Of a stretch of 64,000 nucleotides of DNA, positions 1 to 13,233 are shown piece after piece. Position numbers and translations under genes: made by a program. The DNA is taken from positions 4,092,001 to 4,156,000 of the forward strand of contig CATNEN010000008.1 of the NCBI GenBank assembly GCA_950097015.1, given 5' to 3'. This DNA is from Macrostomum hystrix (Eukaryota > Animalia > Platyhelminthes). A model generated the notes under the pieces. It worked only from the letters and a program-made list of their open reading frames with translations. It had not been told where the DNA came from and made no database searches. How positions within the stretch are numbered: the stretch's first letter is position 1; each line of letters begins with the position of its first letter.

Positions 1-166
1 GCGTCACTCCCATCACCCACAGTGCGTCACTCCCATCACCCACAGTGCGTCACTCCCGTCACCCACAGTGCGTCACTCCCATCACCCACAGTGCGTCACT
101 CCCATCACCCACAGTGCGTCACTCCCATCACCCACAGTGCGTCACTCCCATCACCCACAGAGCGTC
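1..166. repeat. 23-bp tandem repeat (GCGTCACTCCCATCACCCACAGT), truncated by window edge
   Basis: About 7 near-identical units read directly. Confidence 0.95.
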
Positions 167-825
167 ACTTCCTTGCCCTTATATTTGTTTCCTTGGCAAT
201 CTCCCTTCATATGCCATCCGTCTTTTAAGAAACCGCTTCACCAGGGGTAAGATAGCTAAATGGATAGCTAAACCAATAGCTGCGTAAATTTTCAATCACC
301 GTACAATAAAGTACAAAAGGGAAGAATAGAATCGTCTGTAATCTACCCCCTTCCCTGTGGGCGGAAAGAGAAGAGTGAGGTGGACTGAAACTGGTTGGTA
401 TAGATTGCTAAGGGATCCTATAGCTAGCTGTCTTACAAAGGACTATAAGGCAGAGCGATAATAATAGTGGGCAAAGCCACGAGGAGACGGCGTGGGATCA
501 CGGCATGCCAGCTGTACAGTAACTGTTTGTGCTGAAGGCGTATAGGATATCATGTGATTATCTCAGAAGAGCAAATGAAGCGTATAGAATTCCTACATGG
601 AAACTGACATAGGCTTTTTGAACTGTATGAAAGAGGCATAAAAAGGAAGCATTTTTGTTTTAACTGTTGAGATTCAGCGATCGCTTCATCGATATCATAG
701 CGTCTTAGACTTCATACTACAATTCTAACGATTACCGATAATATGTCAAAATTATTTTTTAAGTCCTGCTTACACATAATTGTGCGACTCCTGAAGAATA
801 ATTTGGGTACATACTAAGACCTATA

Positions 826-1592
826 GCCCTGAAGATCCAGAGGATCGGCCCTGAAGAACTAGAGGACAGGTCCTGAAGAACTATACAGGATAGGTCCTAA
901 AAAACTAGAAGGATAGGTCCTGAAGATCTAGAGGATAGGTCCTGAAGAACTAGAGAATAAATCCTGAAGAACTAGTGGATAGGTCCTGAAGAACTAGAGG
1001 ATAGGTCCTGAAGAACTAGAGGATAGGTCCTAAAGAACTAGAGGATAGGTCCTAAAGAACTAGAGGATAGGTCCTAAAGAACTAGAGGATAGGTCCTGAA
1101 GATCTAGAGGATAGGTCCTAAAGAACTAGAGGATAGGTCCTAAAGAACTAGAAACTAGAGGATCGGTCCTGAAGAACTAGAGGATAGGTTCTGAAGAACT
1201 AGAAACTAGAGGATCGGTCCTGAAGAACTAGAGAATAGGTCCTGAAGATCAAGAGGATAGGTCCTAAAGAACTAGAGAATAGGTCCTGAAGATCTAGAGG
1301 ATAGGTCCTGAAGAACTAGAGGATAGGTCCTAAAGAACTAGAGAATAGGTCCTGAAGATCTAGAGGATAGGTCCTGAAGAACTAAAGGATAGGTCCTGAA
1401 GAACTAGAGAACAAATCCTGAAGAACTAGAGGATAGCTCCCGAAGAACTAGAGGACAGGTCCTGAAGAACTAGAGGATAGGTCCTGAAGAACTAGTGGAT
1501 CGACCCTGAAGAACTAGAGAATCGACCCTGAAGAACTAGAGGATAGGTCCTGAAGAACTAGAGGATAGGTCCTGAAGAACTAGAGGATCGGC
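826..1592. repeat. 22-bp minisatellite (CCTGAAGAACTAGAGGATAGGT)
   Basis: About 34 units with point variants. Confidence 0.95.
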
Positions 1593-2328
1593 CCCAAAGG
1601 CCTGAAGAACTTTACTTGAGATGAGAGCTCTTGATAATGAATAGCTGTATAGTATGCACGTACCACTATACCAGGCCTTGCTAGCCTAGAAATGGAATTC
1701 CTTACTACATACAAAGTCAGGCAGTAGATACTGACTATGTGGCTTATAGAATACAGTCGCATGTAACCATTATTGCAACAAGCTTCTGAGCTTCTGATCT
1801 AACGTCATGGCACAATTAACAATGCACTATTTATGAAGCCAACAATGCATGAACTCTGGCAAATCTTAGAGTGGATTTGAGCAGTGAAAGAGTTAAGATT
1901 CTACTATGTCTATTCTACTAGAACACATGGCGTTGAAAGGATTAGGTGATTAGCTCTACAATGCCAGGCCAACACGATGTAATTCCGGTAGAGTCGTAGA
2001 CGAAGTGCTTGAGAAGGGAAAAATGTGCATTATAGCTAATACCAATCAGCCATTATCTAATCTATGCTCAGGGATTGATGAATAATTAATCAAAAGAAAG
2101 GCCGCGATAATAGTATATAAGTCTAGGACTCTGGTGTCAGTCAGACTAGCGACCAAAAAGTCTGTACACAAGCATTGGCTTATTACAGATTACAGAACTA
2201 TAAAGGGATAGATCTATTTTACTGTGCATATACTCGTCATTTGTATTTATTGAATTCAGTTGACAGAATCAGGCGAAAAGGATTAATCGCTATAAAAGAG
2301 TAGACTTTATAATGTTTTTAGAGGTTGG

Positions 2329-2575
2329 AACACTGAAGGTTTGGGAGTTAGCGGCATTGACCCTGAAGGTTCGGGGGTTAGCGGCATTGACCCTGAAGGT
2401 TCGGGGGTTAGCGGCGTTGACCCTAAAGGTTCGGGGGTTAGCGGCGTTGACAAAAAAGGTTTGGGAGTCAGCAGCGTTGGCCCTGAAGGTTTGGGGTTAG
2501 CGGCGTTGGCCCTGAAGGTTTGGGGTTAGCGGCGTTGGCCCTGAAGGTTTGGGGGTTGGCGGCGTTGGACTGAAG
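2329..2575. repeat. 29-30-bp minisatellite (CCCTGAAGGTTCGGGGGTTAGCGGCGTTGA)
   Basis: About 8 units. Confidence 0.9.
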
Positions 2576-3295
2576 GTCGGGAGATGTAGCGGCCTTGTTG
2601 GCCCTCTAAGTGACCAGGCATAATAGTAGAAGGAACCTTGAGCAGCCTACACGAAGCACTGAAGGTATGGTTGTAGTGGCTAACTAAAAATAAAGATCCC
2701 GCAGGGGCTATTGGAGTCGAGGCTATAGGCTAAACAGTATCAGTTATTAGATGGCTTTTCTGTACCGTTATTTTTACCACAATCGGCTGACGTCTAGTCT
2801 GCATTTTCGTTGGCCTCGGCTTTCTTCTGTTACTGCTGTAGCAATTGATAAGACAATGTCGAAGTGAAACTTACTATTGTATCTGACGATATTTCCTATG
2901 TATGACTTAAATATGAGTGAGTGACTCGTGAGTGGCTGTGGGGCTTTTTGTTTAAATTTTGCAACACCGGGTTTCCCTGCCCCCCAACTGTTTTAGAGAC
3001 TCAACTCTTCGCGTACTCAATCCTTTTAATTCTTCCATTTTACTTGGTCGACTTAGACTCGTAGCTACTGGGTCAGTCGATAAACCTATTTTGTTAAGGA
3101 AAGCTGACTGGACTGGACTTGTGTTTTTTTTCTTTTCTTTGTTAGGAATTTGAAGTGTGATAAATCGATAAAACTCTCGCTCTCGCTGAGTGGATAAGGA
3201 GCGGGGGTCGGGGCGGGACGGGTTAAAGAAAGTCGTGCACAGTAAGAAGAGAGACGGTCGAATGTATTCCGGATTAAATGACGTCAGGAGCCCCA

Positions 3296-4175
3296 TTCAT
3301 TTCTGTTTGGGGTGTGGGGTGGAGGCGGGGAGGTTAGACAGCGCATGGAGGGTTGGGGTGGTTGGTCAGTTAGGTCTTTTTTATCAGTTTCAAGTGGTTT
3401 ATTTATTTTATTTCTGTTTGGGGTGTGGGGGGGTGGCGGGGAGGTTAGACAGCGCATGGTGGGTTGGGGTGGTTGGTCAGTTAGGTCTTTTTTATCAGTT
3501 TCAAGTGGTTTATTTATTTTATTTCTGTTTGGGGTGTGGGGGGGTGGCGGGGAGGTTAGACAGCGCATGGTGGGTTGGGGTGGTTGGTCAGTTAGGTCTT
3601 TTTTATCAGTTTCAAGTGGTTTATTTATTTTATTTCTGTTTGGGGTGTGGGGTGGTGGCGGGGAGGTTAGACAGCGCATGGTGGGTTGGGGTGGTTGGTC
3701 TGTTAGGTCTTTTTTTATCAGTTTCAAGTGGTTTATTTATTTTATTTCTGTTTGGGGTGTTGGGTGGCGTGGAGGTTAGATAGCGCATGGTGGGTTGGGG
3801 TGGTTGGTCTGTTAGGTCTTTTTTATCTGTTTCAAGTGGTTTATTTATTTTATTTCTGTTTGGGGTGTTGGGTGGCGTGGAGGTTAGATAGCGCATGGTG
3901 GGTTGGGGTGGTTGGTCAGTTAGGTCTTTTTTATCAGTTTTAAGTGGTTTATTTATTTTATTTGGTAAGGGGTGTGGGGTGGCGGGGAGGTTAGATAGCG
4001 CATGGTGGGTTGGGGTGGTTGGTCTGTTAATTCTTTTTTATCAGTTTCAAGTGGTTTATTTATTTTATTTCTGTTTGGGGTGTGGGGTGGCGGGGTGGTT
4101 AGACAGCGCATGGTGGGTTGGGGTGGTTGGTCAGTTAGGTCTTTTTTTATCAGTTTTAAGTGAGTTTATTTTTTT
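3296..4175. repeat. 111-bp G/T-rich tandem repeat
   Basis: About 8 units; TTTCTGTTTGGGG recurs at 3300, 3411, 3522; 37-aa periodicity in overlapping ORFs. Confidence 0.95.
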
Positions 4176-4890
4176 TATTTAGGTTCAGGCTGACATTTAA
4201 GTAGATTTAATTAGCCTTTAAAATATTTTTACTTATAGCCTGTAAGTGCGTGCGTACAATCAAGATAATATAGAGAAAGAAAACAATTATACTAATCTCT
4301 ATTTAGCCAACTGACCGTTTCCGCTAATTTACACCTAATGTCTAAATAAAAGCTGACTAAGGAAGGTCGGTCAATATGCACTTGAAAACAGGCGAAAAAT
4401 AGGCTTGATGTCCTCATTCCACAGTTATATGCAAGAGGAAAGCAAATCAGTACTGTGTTAGTGTTATATTCTATGATGGATCATGGATGCAAATATCATA
4501 GTCCAGTCACCTAATACAGCATGGAATGAAATCCCAACATCGCATCTTTGCCGCAAATGGAGTACTAGGAGTGGCCCCACTTCAGTATAAGCTGAAGCTG
4601 GAACCTATTTAGGCTGTAGGCAAATCCAATCGGCTTGCTAAGTGAAGTAGATCTCTAGCAGGAATAAAACATGAATTGCAATTGCAGCTTCAGCCAGTCT
4701 CTCGGGGTGTCAATTCGCAAATAACCTAACCAATATATTCCTCTCATTTAAACACATTCTTGATCTTGATATATTCTGTAGCTATTCATTCATAATACTA
4801 ACTTTACTTTTTGTTTTGCTCGCTTGCCTATCTTTTGTTGCCCTGTAATTTCATCAGCAAACATTTCCACTATAAATCATGACTGTAATG

Positions 4891-7821
4891 CAGGGGTCGG
4901 CAATCTCCGGCCCGCGGGCCAGATACGGCCCTCGAAGCTCCAAATCCGGCCCGTTGCCCCTTCCAATACCAATAGTATACTGCCTAATCTCTCTCAACCG
5001 GAGATAGAGTCTCATCCTCTCCTGTCTCACTCTTCTCTATCTCATCCCTCCCCTGTCTTGTGTATCCCTTGTCTCATCTCTCCTGTGTCTCATCTCTCCC
5101 GTGTCTCATCTCTCCTGTGTCTCATCTCTCCTGTGTCTCATCTCTCCCCTGTCTCATCTCTCCTGTGTCTCATCTCCCCCGTGTCTCATCTCTCCCGTGT
5201 CTCATCTCCCCCGTGTCTCATCTCTCCCGTGTCTCATCTCTCCCGTGTCTCATCTCTCCCCTGTCTCATCTCTCCCGTGTCTCATCTCCCCTGTGTCTCA
5301 TCTCTCCTGTGTCTCATCTCTCCCCTGTCTCATCTCTCCTGTGTCTCATCTCCCCCGTGTCTCATCTCTCCCGTGTCTCATCTCCCCCGTGTCTCATCTC
5401 TCCCGTGTCTCATCTCTCCCGTGTCTCATCTCTCCCGTGTCTCATCTCTCCCGTGTCTCATCTTCCCCCGTGTCTCATCACTCCCGTGTCTCATCTCTTC
5501 CCTTGTCTTATCTCTCCCCTGTCTCATCTATCCCGTGTCTCATCTCTCCGCTGTCTATCCTGTGTTTCAGCTCTCCTGTGTCTCATCTCTCCCCTATCTC
5601 ACTCTTCTCTGTCTCATCCCTCCCCTGTCTTGTGTATCCCTTGTCTCATCTCTCCTGTGTCTCATCTCTCCCCTGTGTCTCATCTCTCCTGTGTCTCATC
5701 TCTCCCGTGTCTCATCTCTCCCGTGTCTCATCTCCCCCGTGTCTCATCTCCCCCGTGTCTCATCTCTCCCGTGTCTCATCTCTCCCCTGTCTCATCTCTC
5801 CCGTGTCTCATCTTCCCCGTGTCTCATCACTCCCGTGTCTCATCTCTTCTCTGTCTCATCTCTTCCCTTGTCTTATCTCTCCCCTGTCTCATCTATCCCG
5901 TGTCTCATCTCTCCGCTGTCTATCCTGTGTTTCAGCTCTCCTGTGTCTCATCTCTCCCCTATCTCACTCTTCTCTGTCTCATCCCTCCCCTGTCTCGTCT
6001 ATCCCTTGTCTCATCTCTCCTGTCTCATCTCTCCTGTGTCTCACCTTCTTCTCTGTCTCATCCCTCCCCTGTCTCGTCTATCCCTCGTCTCATCTCTCCT
6101 GTCTCATCTCTTCCCTATCTCACTCTTCTCTGTCTCATCCCTCCCCTGTCTCGTCTATCCCTCGTCTCATCTCTCCTGTCTCATCTCTTCCCTGTCTGAT
6201 CTTTTCCCTGTCTCATCTCACCCGTGTCTCATCTCCCCCGAGTCTCATCTCTCCTGTGTCTCATCTCTTCTCTGCCTCATCCCTCCCCTGTCTTGACTAT
6301 CCCTTGTCTCATCTCTCCTGTGTCTCATCTCTCCCCTATCTCACTCTTCTCTGTCTCATCCCTCCCCTGTCTCGTCTATCCCTCGTCTCATCTCTCCTGT
6401 CTCATCTCTTCCCTGTCTGATCTTTTCCCTGTCTCATCTCACCCGTGTCTCATCTCCCCCGTGTCTCATCTCTCCTGTGTCTCATCTCTTCTCTGCCTCA
6501 TCCCTCCCCTGTCTTGACTATCCCTTGTCTCATCTCTCCTGTGTCTCATCTCTCCCCTATCTCACTCTTCTCTGTCTCATCCCTCCCCTGTCTCGTCTAT
6601 CCCTTGTCTCATCTCTCCTGTCTCATCTCTCCTGTGTCTCACCTCTTCTCTGTCTCATCCCTCCCCTGTCTCGTCTATCCCTCGTCTCATCTCTCCTGTC
6701 TCATCTCTTCCCTGTCTGATCTTTTCCCTGTCTCATCTCACCCGTGTCTCATCTCCCCCGTGTCTCATCTCTCCTGTGTCTCATCTCTTCTCTGCCTCAT
6801 CCCTCCCCTGTCTTGACTATCCCTTGTCTCATCTCTCCTGTGTCTCATCTCTCCTGTGTCTTATCTCTTCTCTGCCTCATCCCTCCCCTGTCTTGACTAT
6901 CCCTTGTCTCATCTCCCCCGTGTCTCATCTCTCCTGTGTCTTATCTCTTCTCTGCCTCATCCCTCCCCTGTCTTGACTATCCCTTGTCTCATCTCTCCTG
7001 TGTCTTATCTCTTCTCTGTCTCATCCCTCCCCTGTCTTGACTATCCCTTGTCTCATCTCTCCTGTGTCTCATCTCTTCTCTGTCTCATCCCTCCCCTGTC
7101 TTGTCTATCCCTTGTCTCATCTCTCCTGTGTCTCATCTTTTCTCTGTCTCATCCATCCCCTGTCTTGTCTATCCCTTGTCTCATCTCTCCCGTGTCTCAT
7201 CTTCCCCCGTGTCTCATCTCTCCCGTGTCTTATCTCCCCCGTGTCTCATCTCTCCCGTGTCTCATCTCCCCCGTGTCTCATCTCTCCCGTGTCTCATCTC
7301 TCATGTGTCTCATCTCTCCCCTGTCTATCATGTGTCTCATCTCTCCCGTGTCTCATCTCTCCCGTGTCTCATCTCTCCCGTGTCTCATCTCTCCCGTGTC
7401 TCATCTCTCTTGTGTCTCATCTCTCCCCTGTCTCATCTCTCCCGTGTCTCATCTTCCCCCGTGTCTCATCTCCCCCGTGTCTCATCTTCCCCCGTGTCTC
7501 ATCTCCCCTGTGTCTCATCTCTCCCGTGTCTCATCTCTCCCGTGTCTCATCTCCCCCGTGTCTCATCTCTCCCATGTCTCATCTCTTCCGTGTCTTATCT
7601 TCCCCGTGTCTCATCTCACCCGTGTCTCATCTCTCCCGTGTCTCATCTCTCCCGTGTCTCATCTCTCCCGTGTCTCATCTCCCCCGTGTCTCATCTCTCT
7701 TGTGTCTCATCTCTCCCCTGTCTATCATGTGTCTATCTCATATTCCTACAGTCAATGCGGCCCGCTGTTGTCTTTTAGGTTCTCTCCATGCCCCGCAAGC
7801 TAATAAGTCTGCCGACCCCTG
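4891..7821. mobile_element. hAT-type non-autonomous DNA transposon (MITE-like) containing a satellite
   Basis: TIRs CAGGGGTCGGCA (4891-4902) and TGCCGACCCCTG (7810-7821); 8-bp flanking near-duplication CTGTAATG (4883-4890) / CTGTAATC (7822-7829); subterminal CGGCCCGC motifs at both ends. An 8-bp TSD and CAGGG ends are typical of hAT. Confidence 0.85.
5025..7738. repeat. Pyrimidine-rich 16-17-bp satellite (GTCTCATCTCTCCCGT) with higher-order blocks
   Basis: 2.7 kb of C/T-rich tandem units; longer blocks recur internally. Confidence 0.95.
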
Positions 7822-8417
7822 CTGTAATCTATAATGATACTGTATATTGTACACACACGCAGTAATTTGGTCGATAGGGCTGCAAAATTAGTGCATTTAT
7901 TAGATTAAAAAGAAGCTCCGTATTCGATATGCGCCAGCTATTGTATACGGCGTACAGATTGTCTATCACTCTCCCTGTCGTGCAGTCTTCCCCTGGATTA
8001 GTCTCAAAAAGCTAAAAATAATCAAGCAACCTTAAACCCAAGACTTTTGAAATGCAAATTACCCAAAAACAAAATTTTTACACATGCGATCGTATTTTAC
8101 CTTAAATATAATCTTTCTTTATAGCATAGTTTAAAGGCATACCGCCATGTTGTTTTACTGCATTCTGAGGTCACCAGTCACGACGGAGCTACAGGGTAAA
8201 CAGGGCTGCCTGCGAAAATAGAATTTCGCTACACTTCATGTAAAAAAACTGGTTCTGCTATCTGCTAAAAAAGAGTTGATTTCTGCTATATTCCAGTTGT
8301 TTTGCATTTCCTTCTTTTTTTCGTGGAAAGACCCAAGCTGAGTTGAGGCTGAGTACAACAAAGAAATGTTTGTGTTAAAGTAAGGCCACAAATCATTTGA
8401 GAAATACCTCGTCTCAC

Positions 8418-11082
8418 CTGATACCTGGCGCCAATAACATAGCCGGGGTGTTCTGGCGACGATTCTGCGTCCTTGTCAGCATTAACTTCGTCTTCTTCTT
8501 TTACTAACGGTCCATCGCCTGCTCCGAATACTTTGAGCAATTTCTCATTTTCCGCATTATTGGCGGTGTTTTCTGGCGTTTCCGCGAATTCTTCCGGTTC
8601 CGATTCCTTCTGGCCGTGAAATTCAGTTTCAGCCATGTTGCAGAACTTGCAGTAAATAAGTTTAACGTTTAATTTAATAAGCTTAAGTCTGCCACAATAA
8701 AATCCTTAGTTTTAAAAGCAATTTTCACACAGAATCCAGCTTTAGTGTTCACCCGATGTGGGGGCAACCTCCAATGGAAACTCTCCTTCCTTTCCCCGAC
8801 TATCCTGCCCTGACCAACCCTACTTTAATGAATGTACACTAGGCGAATGTACACTCCAGCTATGCACATTCAACCACATCTTGTTAGGCCAGGTCGGAGC
8901 AGAGCAAATTGCCTTCATCATTCCAGGATTCGTCCAATTTCGCAAGGTCGCCATTTCTCGTCCTCGCTCTCTTTGAAAATACAGAAACTAACTATATGTA
9001 CATTTATTCTGTAGACTCTACAGTACGGGGACCCATGAACACTTTAAAAATCGGTATGGAAAATCCCCTGACCTTCCCCGCCCCGACAATTGGCTATTAC
9101 GTTCCAAAAAAGAAGGCATTATTAATCACGCTCTGTTCTGCTTTTCTGTTTTAAGTCTTTTCTTTTATTGGCTTCGCATTTCCGTCGGGAATTTCCACCC
9201 ACGCATTGCATGGTAGATTTTAAACCAGATAGATACATGTGTTTCTATTTCTTAAATGCAGACTGCTAAAAATAACAGGGGAATAACTCAATTCGACATT
9301 TTAGGTACCTTAAAGACACTTTACAGCGACCTAAATTGTACAGACTAGAGTTACTCGTATAATACTGCGTCACATGAGTGTGCTTTTTGCCCTTAGATGT
9401 ACTCACGGTTTGTCCTCGAGTAGAAGCTCGGCTTTGAATCTACTCAGCTCAGCTATGCTCTGACTGGTGTGCTCAAGGCTCATCACGCACAGGACAGGAG
9501 GCGAATGCGAAAATAGGAAACCAAAGGAAAAGGATGAAGTCTAGAGTTTTTTAGCTTGTGAACAGAAGAGAGGAGGGCTAGACGAGAATGATGGAGAGGG
9601 TAAGACAGCAAAGAATCTGAAGGCCTAGCTAAGGAACTGATGACGGAATTATTCCATGACAAATTAAGTAAGCATTTTTCTCTACCCTTTTAATGACATA
9701 CTCACAACTCAATGATTACATTCAGCTGTCTGTGATTTCATACACTGTCGAAACCAGACATTCAATGACGTATGGGCATACGACCCCACACAGTCTATGA
9801 CTTTGATACTGTAGTCTATTACTCACACAGCTAGGACTTCGATAGTGCAGTCTATGACCTACACAGTCTATGATTTTTATACTGTAGTGTAGTCTATGAC
9901 CCACACAGTCTATGACTTTTATACTGTAGTGTAGTCTATGACCCACACAGTCTATGACTTTTATACTGTAGTGTAGTCTATGACTCATACAGTCTATGAC
10001 TTCGATACTGTAGTCTATGACTTCGATACTGTAGTCTATGACCTACACAGTCTATGACTTCGACACTGTAGTCTATGACCTACACTGCAGTCAATGACAT
10101 CGATACTGTAGTCTATGACCTACACAGTCTATCACTTCGATAATGTAGTCTATGACCTACACTGCAGTCAATGACATCGATACTGTAGTCTATGACCTAC
10201 ACAGTCTATCACTTCGATAATGTAGTCTATGACCTAAACTGCAGTCAATGACTTCGATAATGTAGTCTATGACCCACATACGAGCTAATCTATGACTTCG
10301 ATAATGTAGTCTATGACCTACACAGTCTATGACTTCGATACTGTATTCTATGACCTACACTGCAGTCAATGACTTCGATACTGTAGTCTATGACCCACAT
10401 AGTCTATGACTTCGATACTGTAGTCTATGACCTATACTGCAGTCAATGACTTCGATACTGTAGTCTATGACCTACACTGCAGTCAATGACATCGATACTG
10501 TAGTCTATGACCTACACTGCAGTCAATGACTTCGATACTGTAGTCTATGACCTACACTGCAGTCAATGACATCAATACTGTAGTCTATGACCTACACTGC
10601 AGTCAATGACTTCGATACTGTAGTCTATGACCTACACTGCAGTCAATGACTTCGACAATGTAGTCTATGACCTACACAGTCTATGACTTCGATACTGTAT
10701 TCTATGACCTACACTGCAGTCAATGACTTCGATACTGTAGTCTATGACCCACATAGTCTATGACTTCGATACTGTAGTCTATGACCTATACTGCAGTCAA
10801 TGACTTCGATACTATAGTCTATGACCTACATAGTCTATGACTTCGACACTGTAGTCTATGACCTACACAGTCTATCACTTCGATAATGTAGTCTATGACC
10901 TACACTGCAGTCAATGACTTCGATACTGTAGTCTATGAGTCACAGTCTTTGAGATTTATACTGCTTATGCAACCTTTCAAATCCATGGTGGGTGGTGTAA
11001 CAATGAGGTTGCTTATTCTTACCGTTTTCTTTCCAATAGCATGCAGAAAAGTTTTTCTTATTCTCTCTCTTGAGTCGGACAT
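8418..11082 (-). CDS. Putative 5' coding exons of an unidentified gene: 11023-11082 (MSDSRERIRKTFLHAIGKKT) and 8418-8645 (FCNMAETEF...PGYVIGARYQ)
   Basis: Both segments have GT/AG boundaries (ACG|gtaaga; gcaag|TTC; CAG|gtgaga) and join in frame. The second is an acidic, coding-like stretch with its own ATG at 8636. No homology recognised and no downstream exon identified. Confidence 0.35.
9788..10940. repeat. 37-40-bp dimeric minisatellite built from GTC(T/A)ATGAC subunits
   Basis: Units such as GTCTATGACCTACACTGCAGTCAATGACTTCGATACTGTA. Confidence 0.95.
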
Positions 11083-11896
11083 TGTTATACAACAGCAATT
11101 GTTACGCCTGATAATTGAATTTAGGATAACGGAACAAACTGATAATGTCTGACTGAAAAACAAAAAATTTTGTATTCAATGTATTTGTTTCGAATGATAA
11201 TCAAGTTATTTAACGCAGTTCTGGATTAAACCAGACTTAGCTGGAATTTGCTAACCCATACCTATGCAGTTATGCAAATAAGTTTAGATACATACGCCAT
11301 ACCATAGGCCGCAATGCATCTTCTATTTGCAATTGCAAGTATCAAAACTATTGCCAATTAATACAAGCTATAGCTGCGATACAATAGTCAAACTTGTGGT
11401 TTCATATTTCATAATTCAGATATTTCAATTGTTTTTTTGCACTTCGTCCTCTATTCTGTAGTAGTTGCAAATCTGGGTTGACATTAAAAACGAGTTAGAC
11501 AATTAGACAATAGCACTTCTTGTGGCAGAAATTCAATTCAATTTAATTGTCTTACAAATTCACATACAAACCGTTTATTAATAAACTCATAAACAAATTC
11601 ATGACGTGCTTGGTTGTCCTATGCCCAGCTGAAAAATCCAAAGTACAGACAGGACAGGCGAGCACGCTGCAGCCACGTGATTGCTTTTCTCAACACTTCG
11701 TCATTGGCTGAGCCAATGAGGGGGCTGCTGGGTCACAGAATGAGATTCACACTCACGAGACTGATGTCAAAGAATGCTAAAACGACTATTAGAATATAAG
11801 TTTAAACGGTAACGTTAAAATTACAATCTGGTTTGAGAGTTAAAGAGACAAGATTTCTCTAGATATAGAAGTACTAGATTTGTAAAAATCAGCAGA

Positions 11897-12078
11897 ATAC
11901 GGCTGGGGTTCTGTAGAACCTGCATAGAGTTCAATAGAATACAGTCGAGGTTCTGTAGAATACGGTTGGGTTCTGTAGAACCTGCATAGAGTTCAATAGA
12001 ATACAGTCGAGGTTCTGTAGAATACGGTTGGGGTTCTGTAGAATACGGCTGGGGTTCTGTAGAATACGGTTGTGGTTC
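11897..12078. repeat. 21-bp degenerate repeat (GGTTCTGTAGAATACGGCTGG)
   Basis: STEPQPY periodicity in the overlapping ORF. Confidence 0.85.
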
Positions 12079-12245
12079 TGTTAAGTGTGAAGTGCTCGCA
12101 TAGTGTGATAACAAATGTAAGCATTTATTCACAGCTACTACTAACAGTAGACAAAATAGTACCCATATGCTATTCTTCAATCTTTACAAATTTAAAAAAT
12201 ACACTGCAACGACTTGCTCGGTGTAGGTAGCTCGTGCATTAACTT

Positions 12246-12718
12246 TCTGAGGACCAATTAGGTTAGCGATCCTATCTGAGGACCAATTAGGTTAGCGATC
12301 CTATCTGAGGACCAATTAGGTTAGCGATCCTATCTGAGGACCAATTAGGTTAGCGATCCTATCTGAGGACCAATTAGGTTAGCGATCCTATCTGAGGACC
12401 AATTAGGTTAGCGATCCTATCTGAGGAACAATTAGGTTAGCGATTTTATCTGAGGAACAATTAGGTTACTGATCTTATCTGTGGACCAATTAGGTTACTG
12501 ATCTTATCTGAGGACCAATTAGGTTACTGATCTTATCTGAGGACCAATTAGGTTACTGATCTTATCTGAGGACCAATTAGGTTAGCGATCCTATCTGAGG
12601 ACCAATAAGGTTACTGATCCTATCTGAGGACCAATTAGGTTAGCGATCCTATCTGAGGACCAATTAGATTAGCGATCCTATCTGAGGACCAATTAGGTTG
12701 GCGATCCTGTCTGAGGAC
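12246..12718. repeat. 29-bp minisatellite (TCTGAGGACCAATTAGGTTAGCGATCCTA)
   Basis: About 16 units. Confidence 0.95.
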
Positions 12719-13233
12719 AAATGCCTTCACGAATGTATGATCAAACCAAAAGCAGCAGAAATGCTATAAAACAGAGTTTTAATTGAATTAACGACGGCAT
12801 TTTATAGTTTTCTAATTGTACAATTTTTGCAAATAATATATTTGTTAATAAATGAATAAGTCAGCAATTGATCACATATGAAAACAGCATGTAGTTAAAC
12901 AAAGTAACCGAACCAAATAAATCAGCAAAGATAGGAGGAAAGTAGAAAACTTTAACCAGATTTCTATAGAATTAATTTGTACATTAACACACAAAAGTTA
13001 CACGAAAGTAACCGTATGCCTCGGTTCTGTTCTACTGAAGTATCAGCTGTTGTGATAATATTGAACAGGCATTTATTATAAGTTAATAGAGCCAAGTATA
13101 GTGTTCTAAGCTAGCGTATGTCCCAGAAATCTCAATATATTATTGACATTCTGTAGAGCCAAAACCTAAGGATTATCGATTAGAAGATTTGAACAGACAA
13201 AAAAAGCACGTCACAGATTAACTAGAGGCGAAG

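Noticed and set aside
2952-3296. 114-aa minus-strand ORF as a further exon of the 8.4-kb gene
   Set aside because: No compatible splice phase or homology could be established.
4824-7834. Multiple 200-490-aa Ser/Leu/Pro/Cys ORFs
   Set aside because: They come from a C/T-rich satellite that cannot encode stops; all three frames are open.
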